A stretch of DNA of 64,000 nucleotides from the NCBI RefSeq assembly GCF_964355755.1, contig NC_092671.1, forward strand, positions 34,172,304 to 34,236,303, written 5' to 3'. Below the pieces are notes generated by a model. That model saw nothing but the letters and a program-made list of their open reading frames with translations. It was not told where the DNA came from and made no database searches. This document shows positions 52,820 to 64,000 of the stretch, in pieces (the first letter of the stretch is position 1; every line of letters begins with the position of its first letter). Source of the stretch: Antedon mediterranea. Taxonomy: Eukaryota; Animalia; Echinodermata. The translations under genes and the position numbers were made by a program.

Positions 52820-54638
52820 ATGAGTTTCAGCTGTTTACCTACTCCGAAATTAGCAATTGGTGAGAAACCCCGTAGGACAATGAAAAGAGTGATGGGGAGT
52901 TCTAATGGTCAAGCTGACGAGTGTAGCAGTTTAAAATTACCAACGATGGCTTCTAAATCAGCGAATATATTGGATTCTATAAAATCTTTTAACGGTCAAA
53001 CAGATGAGTGTAAAGGTTTGAGTAAAGCCTCAGGAATGAGCGCCCGAGATTTTGCCGTAATGACCGATGGTGTACCAAAGATTTCCATAACTTCAACGAA
53101 TCGGATTTTCTTGTCTGAAAAACGCCATGTAGTGGCCCAACGATGGGGTGACGATGTTTATGTTTATCTCAGAGAGTATTATCAAACGGAAGAATATGGT
53201 GTCTACAAACCTGGACCTCTAGGTATTAATTTACCCGTTCTGCTGTGGCAAAAACTTTTCAACAATATTGATTTAATTAGTCAGGCACTGGAAGACTTAC
53301 AAAGAGACATTAACATGGTGGAGGCAGTAAGAATCCCACTTTCGGACATAATTCATGTGGTAGTTAGTAACTGGAAAGAAGAACAATTTGTGTGTATTCG
53401 CCGCTATTACCAGTCTGAAGAAGGAGGCAAGTTTAAACCCGGTAAAAAAGGTGTAAACCTTCCAAAGAGTCAGTGGTTCAAGATAATTGAAAAACACGGT
53501 GAAATACAAAAGATGATTGAGGAGGTTGGTAATGATAATGCGGCTACTGTTGACAAAAACGTTAATGGAGGACGTTTATTCAATTCAGAACATCAATTGC
53601 TACCCCCTGATAAGTTATCGGTGCAAAAGATAATAGGGGAAAATTTAGACTGTGATTACCTTCAACTTCTTGATAAAGGAGCAGCCGATACATTGTTTAA
53701 AAAATGTGAGGAAGAGATTGACTATTTTACCGGAGATCTTGCAAAGGTGAAAGTGTACGGAAAGTGGTTTAATATTCCTAGAAAACAGGTTAGTTCCATT
53801 ATGTTTTTATCCATGGTTTTGTATTAATGACTTGTTAATTACTTGTATATCGTTTCCTTTGTTTTTTCCATAATTTACCGCTGTGTAGCTATAGGTGTTA
53901 TTTACTCTTTTTCTGTAAATTATTTTATTTGGGGCGTGTTCATTTACATCTCGCCAAATAATAAATGACTTTCTTTGTATGGTTTCCCCTCTGCAGGTTT
54001 CGTTCGGCGATTCAGGCTTAACTTACAAATATTCAGGCAATACAGTACCAGCTTTACCGTGGCCACCATTCCTGAAAGATCTCCGCGATCTTTTAAAATC
54101 GGTTACAGGACATTACTTCAATTTTGTTTTGGTCAACCGGTAAATATTCTTGTTTATTATTTTATTTATTTATTTTATTTATTGATTAAAAGGGTCCATC
54201 GTTTACCTCTAAAACGAATGAACACTATCAGTATTCATACTGGATGATTTCTGCAATTTGCTAGATAATAATTGGGGTTTTTTTTTTAGTCTCATCTTAA
54301 AATATTTTATTTTCTATTGTATTTTGTCGTTACTCTATAGATATGCTACTGGAAGTGATTACATTGGCGAACACAAAGATGATGAGAAAGACATGAATCA
54401 CTTTAGTCCAATCGCCTCTGTATCATTGGGGCAACCACGTATGTTTAGATTTCGACATGGTGATGCGCGAGGTAAGAGTCCCAAAAGAATCATTGAGCCA
54501 GTAACTGTTGATCTTAAACACGGTACATTATTAATGATGAATTATCCCACTAATGAGTACTGGTACCATTCACTGCCTAAAAATCAATCCATCAAGCTAC
54601 CAAGAATAAATCTCACGTTTAGAGATATTAAAAGATGA
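52820..54638 (+). CDS. PC4-PC4-ALKBH2-like fusion protein, 469 aa; exons 52820-53788, 53997-54139, 54341-54638 (intact)
   Basis: GT-AG introns of 208 and 201 bp give one open frame. Two PC4 domains (YLREYY..YKPGPLGINLP..W; CIRRYY..FKPGKKGVNLPKSQW). AlkB domain KVYGKWFNIPRKQVSFGDSGLTYKYSG...FNFVLVNRY..GSDYIGEHKDDE...WYHSLP...RINLTFR with HxD, H and R/N/R ligands. Confidence 0.92.
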
Positions 54639-56997
54639 GAGAAATGTTACGCAAACATTACAGTCTTTAATAGTGATTGCAGATCTCAAGAATATCAACT
54701 GTTCATGATCTGTTCTCATTTAGTATAGTAGTACCAGTTGAATTATTTTTGTGATGATATTCCTAAAAATGGTTGTATTATTGTATTGATGTTAATTCAC
54801 TTAGATCTAGGCCTAATTCCATTGATCGTTAATAATCATGTGATTGTTTGTCATTGTGTGGATAATGATTAACTTTACGAATAATTTCTTAAAAGTAACT
54901 TGTAATGTATTTCTAATTGTTAAATACAATTTTTTATGTTTTTAATAGGTGTGTAAGTTTTTCTTTAAAGCGTTTTAATCGTAATTTCAAGAGTAATAGG
55001 TACTTGTAACGTTTGAAACGGACTGGTAGATTAAACAAAAAAAAACCAAAAAAACAACAAAAACAAAACACGTTATAATAACACTAATAATAGCACATAT
55101 TTTCGTACATGTATCAATGATTTATCTACATAAGTGTGATTAATATTATTACAATAAAGACCATGTACATCTACGATATTTTTACTGTAAGTGGTATTGT
55201 AAATAAAAATTATGAATTCAATCGTGAGAAATGACCGATATCTGTGTATTATTTTATATTACTTTTATCATAATTGCAACAACACCAAAAAAAAAACTCA
55301 GAGAAATCATAATTATCGAATACAGAAAGACGTTTTGGTTACCAATTGTATTTCTTGACACTTAATACATTTTAACAAAAAACAAGACCTTCAACCGGAG
55401 CCAAAAATGGAAATTTGTTTACGTGCAGGTTATTGCCATTAGATATTCTTTGAACTACTCTGGTTTTTATAAATATTGTCACTTTTTTTCTACACGTTTA
55501 TCTACCGAGATTTTGTTTTCCTTTTTATGAATCTTCCGCTGTTCATGAGCATTATTAATTTTTTACAGGCCTTGTTCTTCGCTTTGCAGGCTAAATCTTA
55601 AAACGGCATAGGCCTACATTTTAACGGTTCTTTGTTACCTATAGTTCTCTGAATGTTTTAATTTACCGTAGATGATGAAAAAATCCCTTAATCTAGCACC
55701 ATTTTAAAAAAAAGGTTCCGCAGTAAATGGTTTATTTTTGGTGGTATTAATGGAATCATCGAGGCACAATATTAGGCTTAAAAACATGACGTCACTATTT
55801 TAAACGGTTTATCATACAAGAACAATTAACCAATCACAAAACTGAGCTACTGATTTGCGTAGAAGTTTCTGGAAATGACAAATTAAGGAAACACGTACAC
55901 ATTAATAAATATATATTAATTTTTATATAAATAATAGACAAAACAAAAGGAAATACACCAAACAAATCATTTTCGTTATGAATTTATAATAACTTTAAAT
56001 TTTGTCCATCACAGGAGACGCGTTTAGCGTTTTCCAATTGTAAAACAGTTTCGCATTGCGTCGCAACGCATGCACATACTGCAAGTACCGTACCGTACTG
56101 TAACAAGTGTACTGATATGTATTTTGTTGGTCACTCATCATTTTAGCCAACACATTATTTAACTCATCAGGTGTAATATCTTTTCACAAATCCTTTATAT
56201 CTTTACTTTTTCTTGACAACTCATAACAAACAAGAATAGTACTCTGAATGAGTGTGGGAGAGGTGTGTGGGAGTCCCATTCAACTAAACCTTGCCAATTT
56301 GTACTCGACCTACGATAAAACCATTTTTTAAAAGTCAACATAGCGACACGAGAAAACAATTGATAATAGGGATATAAAGTTTTTCTTGCATTGTTATACA
56401 GTAACCTATGTTTTTCGGTGTTTACACCATCTCATTGTTTATAATTACGTTTGTTAATATCGGTAGTGTTTCTCTAGCAGAGTTATATTACTTGTTTATA
56501 CTCGTATAGTTTGCAGTCCTCCATGTTGTTCGTATATTTTGTAAAAAGTGTACTTATGATTACTTTAAAAAACCAACTCATTTTATTTGCATTTTATCTA
56601 CACCTCATGGTTAAAATGTGTTGTTTTTCATAGAGTGTGATGCTGCTTAAAACGTTATACTAGTATAACCACCAAAACGGTTTATTATCTGTAGGAAATC
56701 ATCAATGGTAACATGCGGTAAACAATACAAATTAGTTTCACAAATTATTTAAAAAAATAGCACAATTGTTACAAATGAATTTAAGAAAATAAAGGTGTAC
56801 AGATTTTATTTCGAAAAATTGTAGGCCTAGACCTACAAAGATAATTTTACAGGTCATGGTTAATTGTCACAGTCTATTCGTCCTTGTATAGATGTCAAGT
56901 TCAAGTGTCAATTGACACAAGTATTTTTCCCATGTTCAGAGTTCAAGTAATTGACCTTTTAATGTTTAACCCTGGTTTGAAAATAAAATGTCCTCTT

Positions 56998-57293
56998 TTG
57001 TAGATTTGTAACCCTTATTGAGTTTGAGCACATTTGTTAAGTACCGGTACTTAATTAAGTTGGGTGGCTCATTAATTGACCTTTTAATGTTGCATGGAAC
57101 TCTCCCTGTAACCCTAATAAGTAATAAACATTTAGTGACAGTCTCTTGTAGATTTGTAACCCTTATTGAGTTTGAGCACATTTGTTAAGTACCGGTACTT
57201 AATTAAGTTGGGTGGCTCATTAATTGACCTTTTAATGCTGCATGGAACTCTCCCTGTAACCCTAATAAGTAATAAACATTTAGTTACAGTCTC
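56998..57293. repeat. 148-bp direct tandem duplication in the central spacer
   Basis: ttgtagatttgtaacccttattgag at 56998 and 57146. Confidence 0.9.
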
Positions 57294-60200
57294 TCTTTAT
57301 CTATATTTGTGAAGTCAGTATACAGAGAAATAATATATTACCTTAACCACTAAAGATATGTTATTAATGTAACAAAGTTATTTTGTGTTATTGAATACGT
57401 ATACAGGTCTAATAATAAATGAATTTTAACACAATAAATGACTATAAACTTATAAAATGGTGAAATTTAATTTTCTTCCGGTCTTGACCATTTTCCCCCG
57501 GTCTTGACCATTTTTACTCCAAGTCTTGAACAATTCCCCTTGACAATAACTACAGTTTTTAAACAACTTTTATTATTAGAAACCCCTGTTCCTAAATGGT
57601 TTCCAGTCTACTTGTATTTAAACATTGTATCAGAGAGTTGAAAAATAAGTTCCCTGAACATGTTATGCGATGTGGTCATCATAAGTGTGTAGACCGCATG
57701 GCTACCGTACATCACTAACAGGGATGTCGTCCCAAGCCGTGGAAACAGAAAAGAAGAACAGACGACCGTGTCCACTTTTCAATGTCCAGATCATTTTCGA
57801 TCGATTTTGATGTATGGAAGAGCTTATTTAGTGGGGTAGGTTCAGCTTATTTATAGGTATTGATTTTTTTTGGGAGTTAGTAGACAGTTTGTTTGTTTTG
57901 GGGTTTTTTTTTTTTTTTCATTATCGACCCGTTCTGATAACTGTAGAAACACGTCCGAAAGCACATCGTTCGAATTGTCTTTGGAGAAAGTACCATACAC
58001 TCAGCAAACAATGTCTACTTGAATGATTGTAGGAATACAGTAGACTTCAAGTTTTCAGTTAATCAGTTATTGTATTGCTATATTGGTGTATCGTACATTC
58101 GTTTCTGTATCGTTATAATATACTGTTTATTAATGAACTTTTATGTTTCGCATCCTGCAATACAGCTCTTTTAGACCGTTGACTAGTATAAGCTGCAATC
58201 ATAGGCTATAGGCCTAATCTCAGAATATTAACTTCAATTTTACGAACAGTTTGAATTACAAACGGCAAAAGGCACAATTAAAAGGGACCGTGTGTTTGCC
58301 ACAAATAGGCCCTATACTTAAAATACTAAAGTTGATATACCTGATAACCAAAGTACACTGTACACTTTTATAAGAATTAGTTTAATGTATGTGTGACCTT
58401 TTTTTTGTTAATTTATTCTGTACACTTTATGTAAAATTATCTTTGTAGGTCTAGCCCTACAATTTTTCGAAATAAAATCTGTACACCTTTATTTTCTTAA
58501 ATTCATTTGTAACAATTGTGCTATTTTTTTAAATAATTTGTGAAACTAATTTGTATTGTTTACCGCATGTTACCATTGATGATTTCCTACAGATAATAAA
58601 CCGTTTTGGTGGTTATACTAGTATAACGTTTTAAGCAGCATCACACTCTATGAAAAACAACACATTTTAACCATGAGGTGTAAATAAAATGCAAATAAAA
58701 TGAGTTGGTTTTTTAAAGTAATCATAAGTACACTTTTTACAAAATATACGAACAACATGGAGGACTGCAAGCTATACGAGTATAAACAAGTAATATAACT
58801 CTGCTAGAGAAACACTACCGATATTAACAAACGTAATTATAAACAATGAGATGGTGTAAACACCGAAAAACATAGGTTACTGTATAACAATGCAAGAAAA
58901 ACTTTATATCCCTATTATCAATTGTTTTCTCGTGTCGCTATGTTGACTTTTAAAAAATGGTTGTATCGTAGGTCGAGTACAAATTGGCAAGGTTTAGTTG
59001 AATGGGACTCCCACACACCTCTCCCACACTCATTCAGAGTACTATTCTTGTTTGTTATGAGTTGTCAAGAAAAAGTAAAGATATAAAGGATTTGTGAAAA
59101 GATATTACACCTGATGAGTTAAATAATGTGTTGGCTAAAATGATGAGTGACCAACAAAATACATATCAGTACACTTGTTACAGTACGGTACGGTACTTGC
59201 AGTATGTGCATGTGTTGCGACGCAATGCGAAACTGTTTTACAATTGGAAAACGCTAAACGCGTCTCCTGTGATGGACAAAATTTAAAGTTATTATAAATT
59301 CATAACGAAAATGATTTGTTTGGTGTATTTCCTTTTGTTTTGTCTATTATTTATATAAAAATTAATATATATTCATTAATGTGTACGTGTTTCCTTAATT
59401 TGTCATTTCCAGAAACTTCTACGCAAATCAGTAGCTCAGTTTTGTGATTGGTTAATTGTTCTTGTATGATAAACCGTTTAAAATAGTGACGTCATGTTTT
59501 TAAGCCTAATATTGTGCCTCGATGATTCCATTAATACCACCAAAAATAAACCATTTACTGCGGAACCTTTTTTTTTAAAATGGTGCTAGATTAAGGGATT
59601 TTTTCATCATCTACGGTAAATTAAAACATTCAGAGAACTATAGGTAACAAAGAACCGTTAAAATGTAGGCCTATGCCGTTATAAGATTTAGCCTGCAAAG
59701 CGAAGAACAAGGCCTGTAAAAAATTAATAATGCTCATGATCAGCGGAAGATTCATAAAAAGGAAAACAAAATCTCGGTAGATAAACGTGTAGAAAAAAAG
59801 TGACAATATTTATAAAAACCAGAGTAGTTCAAAGAATATCTAATGGCAATAACCTGCACGTAAACAAATTTCCATTTTTGGCTCCGGTTGAAGGTCTTGT
59901 TTTCTGTTAAAAAGTATTAAGTGTCAAGAAATACAATTGGTAACCAAAACGTCTTTCTGTATTCGATAATTATGATTTCTCTGAGTTTTTTTTTGGTGTT
60001 GTTGCAATTATGATAAAAGTAATATAAAATAATACACAGATATCGGTCATTTCTCACGATTGAATTCATAATTTTTATTTACAATACCACTTACAGTAAA
60101 AATATCGTAGATGTACATGGTCTTTATTGTAATAATATTAATCACACTTATGTAGATAAATCATTGATACACGTACGAAAATATGTGCTATTATTAGTGT

Positions 60201-60641
60201 TATTATAACGTGTTTTGTTTTTGTTGTTTTTTTTGTTTTTTTTGTTTAATCTACCAGTCCGTTTCAAACGTTACAAGTACCTATTACTCTTGAAATTACG
60301 ATTAAAACGCTTTAAAGAAAAACTTACACACCTATTAAAAACATAAAAAATTGTATTTAACAATTAGAAATACATTACAAGTTACTTTTAAGAAATTATT
60401 CGTAAAGTTAATCATTATCCACACAATGACAAACAATCACATGATTATTAACGATCAATGGAATTAGGCCTAGATCTAAGTGAATTAACATCAATACAAT
60501 AATACAACCATTTTTAGGAATATCATCACAAAAATAATTCAACTTGTACTACTATACTAAATGAGAACAGATCATGAACAGTTGATATTCTTGAGATCTG
60601 CAATCACTATTAAAGACTGTAATGTTTGCGTAACATTTCTC

Positions 60642-62473
60642 TCATCTTTTAATATCTCTAAACGTGAGATTTATTCTTGGTAGCTTGATGGATTGATTTT
60701 TAGGCAGTGAATGGTACCAGTACTCATTAGTGGGATAATTCATCATTAATAATGTACCGTGTTTAAGATCAACAGTTACTGGCTCAATGATTCTTTTGGG
60801 ACTCTTACCTCGCGCATCACCATGTCGAAATCTAAACATACGTGTCTGCCCCAATGATACAGAGGCGATTGGACTAAAGTGATTCATGTCTTTCTCATCA
60901 TCTTTGTGTTCGCCAATGTAATCACTTCCAGTAGCATATCTATAGAGTAACGACAAAATACAATAGAAAATAAAATATTTTAAGATGAGACTAAAAAAAA
61001 CCCCAATTATCCATTAAAACAAACTTATCTAGCAAATTGCAGAAATCATCCAGTATGAATACTGATAGTGTTCATTCGTTTTAGAGGTAAACGATGGACC
61101 CGTTTAATCAATAAATAAAATAAATAAATAAAATAATAAACAAGAATATTTACCGGTTGACCAAAACAAAATTGAAGTAATGTCCTGTAACCGATTTTAA
61201 AAGATCGCGGAGATCTTTCAGGAATGGTGGCCACGGTAAAGCTGGTACTGTATTGCCTGAATATTTGTAAGTTAAGCCTGAATCGCCGAACGAAACCTGC
61301 AGAGGGGAAACCATACAAAGAAAGTCATTTATTATTTGGCGAGATGTAAATGAACACGCCCCAAATAAAATAATTTACAGAAAAAGAGTAAATAACACCT
61401 ATAGCTACACAGCGGTAAATTATGGAAAAAACAAAGGAAACGATGTACAAGTAATTAACAAGTCATTAATACAAAACCACGGATAAAAACATAATGGAAC
61501 TAACCTGTTTTCTAGGAATATTAAACCACTTTCCGTACACTTTCACCTTTGCAAGATCTCCGGTAAAATAGTCAATCTCTTCCTCACATTTTTTAAACAA
61601 TGTATCGGCTGCTCCTTTATCAAGAAGTTGAAGGTAATCACAGTCTAAATTTTCCCCTATTATCTTTTGCACCGATAACTTATCAGGGGGTAGCAATTGA
61701 TGTTCTGAATTGAATAAACGTCCTCCATTAACGTTTTTGTCAACAGTAGCCGCATTATCATTACCAACCTCCTCAATCATCTTTTGTATTTCACCGTGTT
61801 TTTCAATTATCTTGAACCACTGACTCTTTGGAAGGTTTACACCTTTTTTACCGGGTTTAAACTTGCCTCCTTCTTCAGACTGGTAATAGCGGCGAATACA
61901 CACAAATTGTTCTTCTTTTTAGTTACTAACTACCACATGAATTATGTCCGAAAGTGGGATTCTTACTGCCTCCACCATGTTAATGTCTCTTTGTAAGTCT
62001 TCCAGTGCCTGAATAATTAAATCAATATTGTTGAAAAGTTTTTGCCACAGCAGAACGGGTAAATTAATACCTAGATGTCCAGGTTTGTAGACACCATATT
62101 CTTCCGTTTGATAATAATCTCTGAGATAAACATAAACATCGTCACCCCATCGTTGGGCCACTACATGGCGTTTTTCAGACAAGAAAATCCGATTCGTTGA
62201 AGTTATGGAAATCTTTGGTACACCATCATTCATTACGGCAAAATCTCGGGCGCTCATTCCTGAGGCTTTACTCAAACCTTTACACTCATCTGTTTGACCG
62301 TTAAAAGATTTTATAGAATCCAATATATTCGCTGATGTAGAAGCCATCGTTGGTAATTTTAAACTGCTACACTCGTCAGCTTGACCATTAGAACTCCACA
62401 TCACTCTTTTCATTGTCCTACGGGGTTTCTCACCAATTGCTAATTTCGGAGTAGGTAAACAGCTGAAACTCAT
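60642..62473 (-). pseudogene. PC4-PC4-ALKBH2-like fusion, right copy; exons 62473-61505, 61296-61154, 60939-60642; nonsense W185*
   Basis: TGG changed to TAA at 61919-61921, in frame, inside the second PC4 domain; splice sites intact. Confidence 0.9.
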
Positions 62474-62628
62474 GTTTATAGACTGTAGAGATTTACAGAG
62501 AGTGAAACGAACGATTACGCTTGAAACAGGATATGCAGCTCAGTAGGGAAGTAGCCCAGTACAGTAATTAAAAAGATAATGATTGTTATTTCCGGTCAAT
62601 CGTTTCCGTGACACGTGCGAAACACAAT

Positions 62629-63183
62629 TTAAATGTCCTCGCACAACAGCTTAAAAATAGTCTCTGAATTAATCAGGGTATTGACAAGAAAATAAACGAA
62701 ATGTCTATACCGAGGCAATGAATATTCTCCGTGCATATTTAGTTTGTTGTAAACGGTATCGACTGAAACATACTTCTTATCCAGAACCTCCCGATAAAAA
62801 TAGTCAATCTGTTCTTCTAGAGACTTCATACAACAGAAATCATGATCTTTTTGACTGCTCCTGTCAAATTCACAACCATAACAAGCCACTTTACTTAAAA
62901 CCCAACACTTGGCTAACACTTGAGCAGCAAACAATTGTTTAACCAAACGCTCCATTTTCAACAAAAATTCTCTCTCCACCTCGTCCACGTACGTAAATAT
63001 ACAACTTGTAGGCCTGTTACTCCTCTCGACTCCTTCATCTATACCGACGGGGATAACCTCTTCGGCCGCCGTGTTACGATCATCTATATCACTGCCAAGA
63101 ACAACAACAGTATCCTCATCATCGCTAATTATTATAACAGTATCTACACAACTCCCTTGCGAAAAATATATACTTCCAGACAT
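62629..63183 (-). CDS. 184-aa Cys/His-motif protein (right copy)
   Basis: Differs from 52110-52664 at 5 residues; frame open. Confidence 0.72.
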   Translation of the reverse strand: MSGSIYFSQGSCVDTVIIISDDEDTVVVLGSDIDDRNTAAEEVIPVGIDEGVERSNRPTSCIFTYVDEVEREFLLKMERLVKQLFAAQVLAKCWVLSKVACYGCEFDRSSQKDHDFCCMKSLEEQIDYFYREVLDKKYVSVDTVYNKLNMHGEYSLPRYRHFVYFLVNTLINSETIFKLLCEDI

Positions 63184-63352
63184 AATGAAATACTGTAAAG
63201 AGATACTCTACGCAAAAATAGGCAAAACAACTGGAAAATAGTACAACAATAACCGATTCACTTTCTTACACCATCTTAAATCGTAAATAAAGTAATGACG
63301 TCACTCACCACGTACCAGAACCTCGCGCCAAAAATTAATAAATATGAGACAA

Positions 63353-63607
63353 AGAAACACCTGGCGGAAATTACATAACTATTACAATAACAGGAAAAGA
63401 ATAACCTTCATTAGAAACACCTGGCGGAAATTACATAACTAGTACGAAACCAGGAAAAGAACGACCTTCATTAGAAACACCTGGCGGAAGTTACATAACT
63501 AATACAATAACAGGAAAAGAACGACCTTCATTAGAAACACCTGGCGGAAGTTACATAACTAATACAATAACAGGAAATGAACGACCTTCATTAGAAACAC
63601 CTGGCGG
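63353..63607. repeat. Subterminal 60-bp tandem repeat (right)
   Basis: agaaacacctggcgg every 60 bp. Confidence 0.95.
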
Positions 63608-63664
63608 ATATTACGTAATCAGGAAATACACCAAGGTCGGGTCTGAAGTACCTTTCTTTCTACT

Positions 63665-64000
63665 TCCATCCATCTCAATGCCTGGTGGTCAGTATGAACT
63701 TGAAATTCACAACCATACAGATAATACTTAAGTTTATTGATAGCCCAAACAATAGAGAGGCACTCTTTTTCTGGCACAGAATATCTCTGCTCATGTAGAG
63801 ATAACTTTCTACTTATGTACACAATTGGATAATCATTACCCTCACGATCTATTTGGCTCAGCACTGCACCTATGCCATAATTTGAGGCATCGGTTTGCAA
63901 TATAAACATCTTAACAAAATTTGGGGCTTTTAATACATTATCATCAGTAAGTCGTTTCTTTAAAGTTACAAAGGCATTTTCACATTGTTCATTCCACTTA
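63665..64000 (-). mobile_element. Ty3/gypsy pol: RT connection and RNase H N-terminal part, continuing beyond the window
   Basis: KWNEQCENAFVTLKKRL...FILQTDASNYGIGAVLSQ...RYSVPEKECLSIVWAI...FQVHTDHQALRWM; open to the window edge. Confidence 0.93.

Larger units (their letters stand above)
51629..56851 (+). repeat. Left inverted arm (5,223 bp)
   Basis: Near-identical reverse complement of 58430-63664; match ends at acctacaaagataattttaca. Confidence 0.97.
51629..63664. mobile_element. Non-autonomous Polinton/Maverick-like palindromic element, 12,036 bp
   Basis: Ends 5'-AGTAGAAAG...CTTTCTACT-3'; perfect 6-bp TSD TCCATC (51623-51628 / 63665-63670); inverted arms 51629-56851 and 58430-63664; no core Polinton genes visible. 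Confidence 0.88.
58430..63664 (-). repeat. Right inverted arm (5,235 bp)
   Basis: Reverse complement of the left arm with scattered substitutions and small indels. Confidence 0.97.

Noticed and set aside
53975-54247. 90-aa ORF (and mirror 61046-61318)
   Set aside because: Wrong frame; the real AlkB exon 2 (53997-54139) lies in another frame.
54639-56851. Additional genes in the inner half of the arms
   Set aside because: No ORF of 60 aa or more and no recognisable motif; only short stop-interrupted frames near 55480-55700.
61466-62473. Two separate genes or a frameshift in the right arm
   Set aside because: Both ORFs share one frame and total 1008 nt like 52820-53827; they are split by a single TGG>TAA nonsense change.
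51629-63664. Assembly artefact or ordinary inverted duplication of a host ALKBH2 locus
   Set aside because: The exact 6-bp TSD, AG...CT ends, in-frame restoration of the interrupted RNase H and arm-specific mutations point to a genuine integrase-mediated insertion.

Overview
AT-rich, intron-containing animal genomic DNA, probably from a marine invertebrate deuterostome (inference). The window holds two large inverted structures. (1) 767-48580 is a head-to-head inverted segmental duplication of a six-exon gene encoding signal peptide + one YWTD beta-propeller + EGF. Arm A (12 kb) is compact. Arm B is swollen to 29 kb by nested transposons whose empty sites can be read in arm A: an Academ-like foldback holding a LINE, a CMC/EnSpm element, a LINE with a solo LTR, and MITEs. 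(2) 51629-63664, the most striking feature, is a 12,036-bp element with Polinton/Maverick-type ends (AGTAG...CTACT, exact 6-bp TSD TCCATC). It splits the RNase H of a gypsy retrotransposon whose frame is restored when the element is removed. It shows no recognisable pPolB, integrase, ATPase, protease or capsid gene. Instead it is a near-palindrome of two ~5.2-kb inverted arms around a 1.6-kb spacer. Each arm carries a Cys/His-motif ORF and a spliced three-exon gene fusing two PC4 ssDNA-binding domains to a catalytically intact-looking ALKBH2-type DNA dealkylase (469 aa; left copy intact, right copy W185*). All calls come from reading the sequence by eye; no database searches were run.
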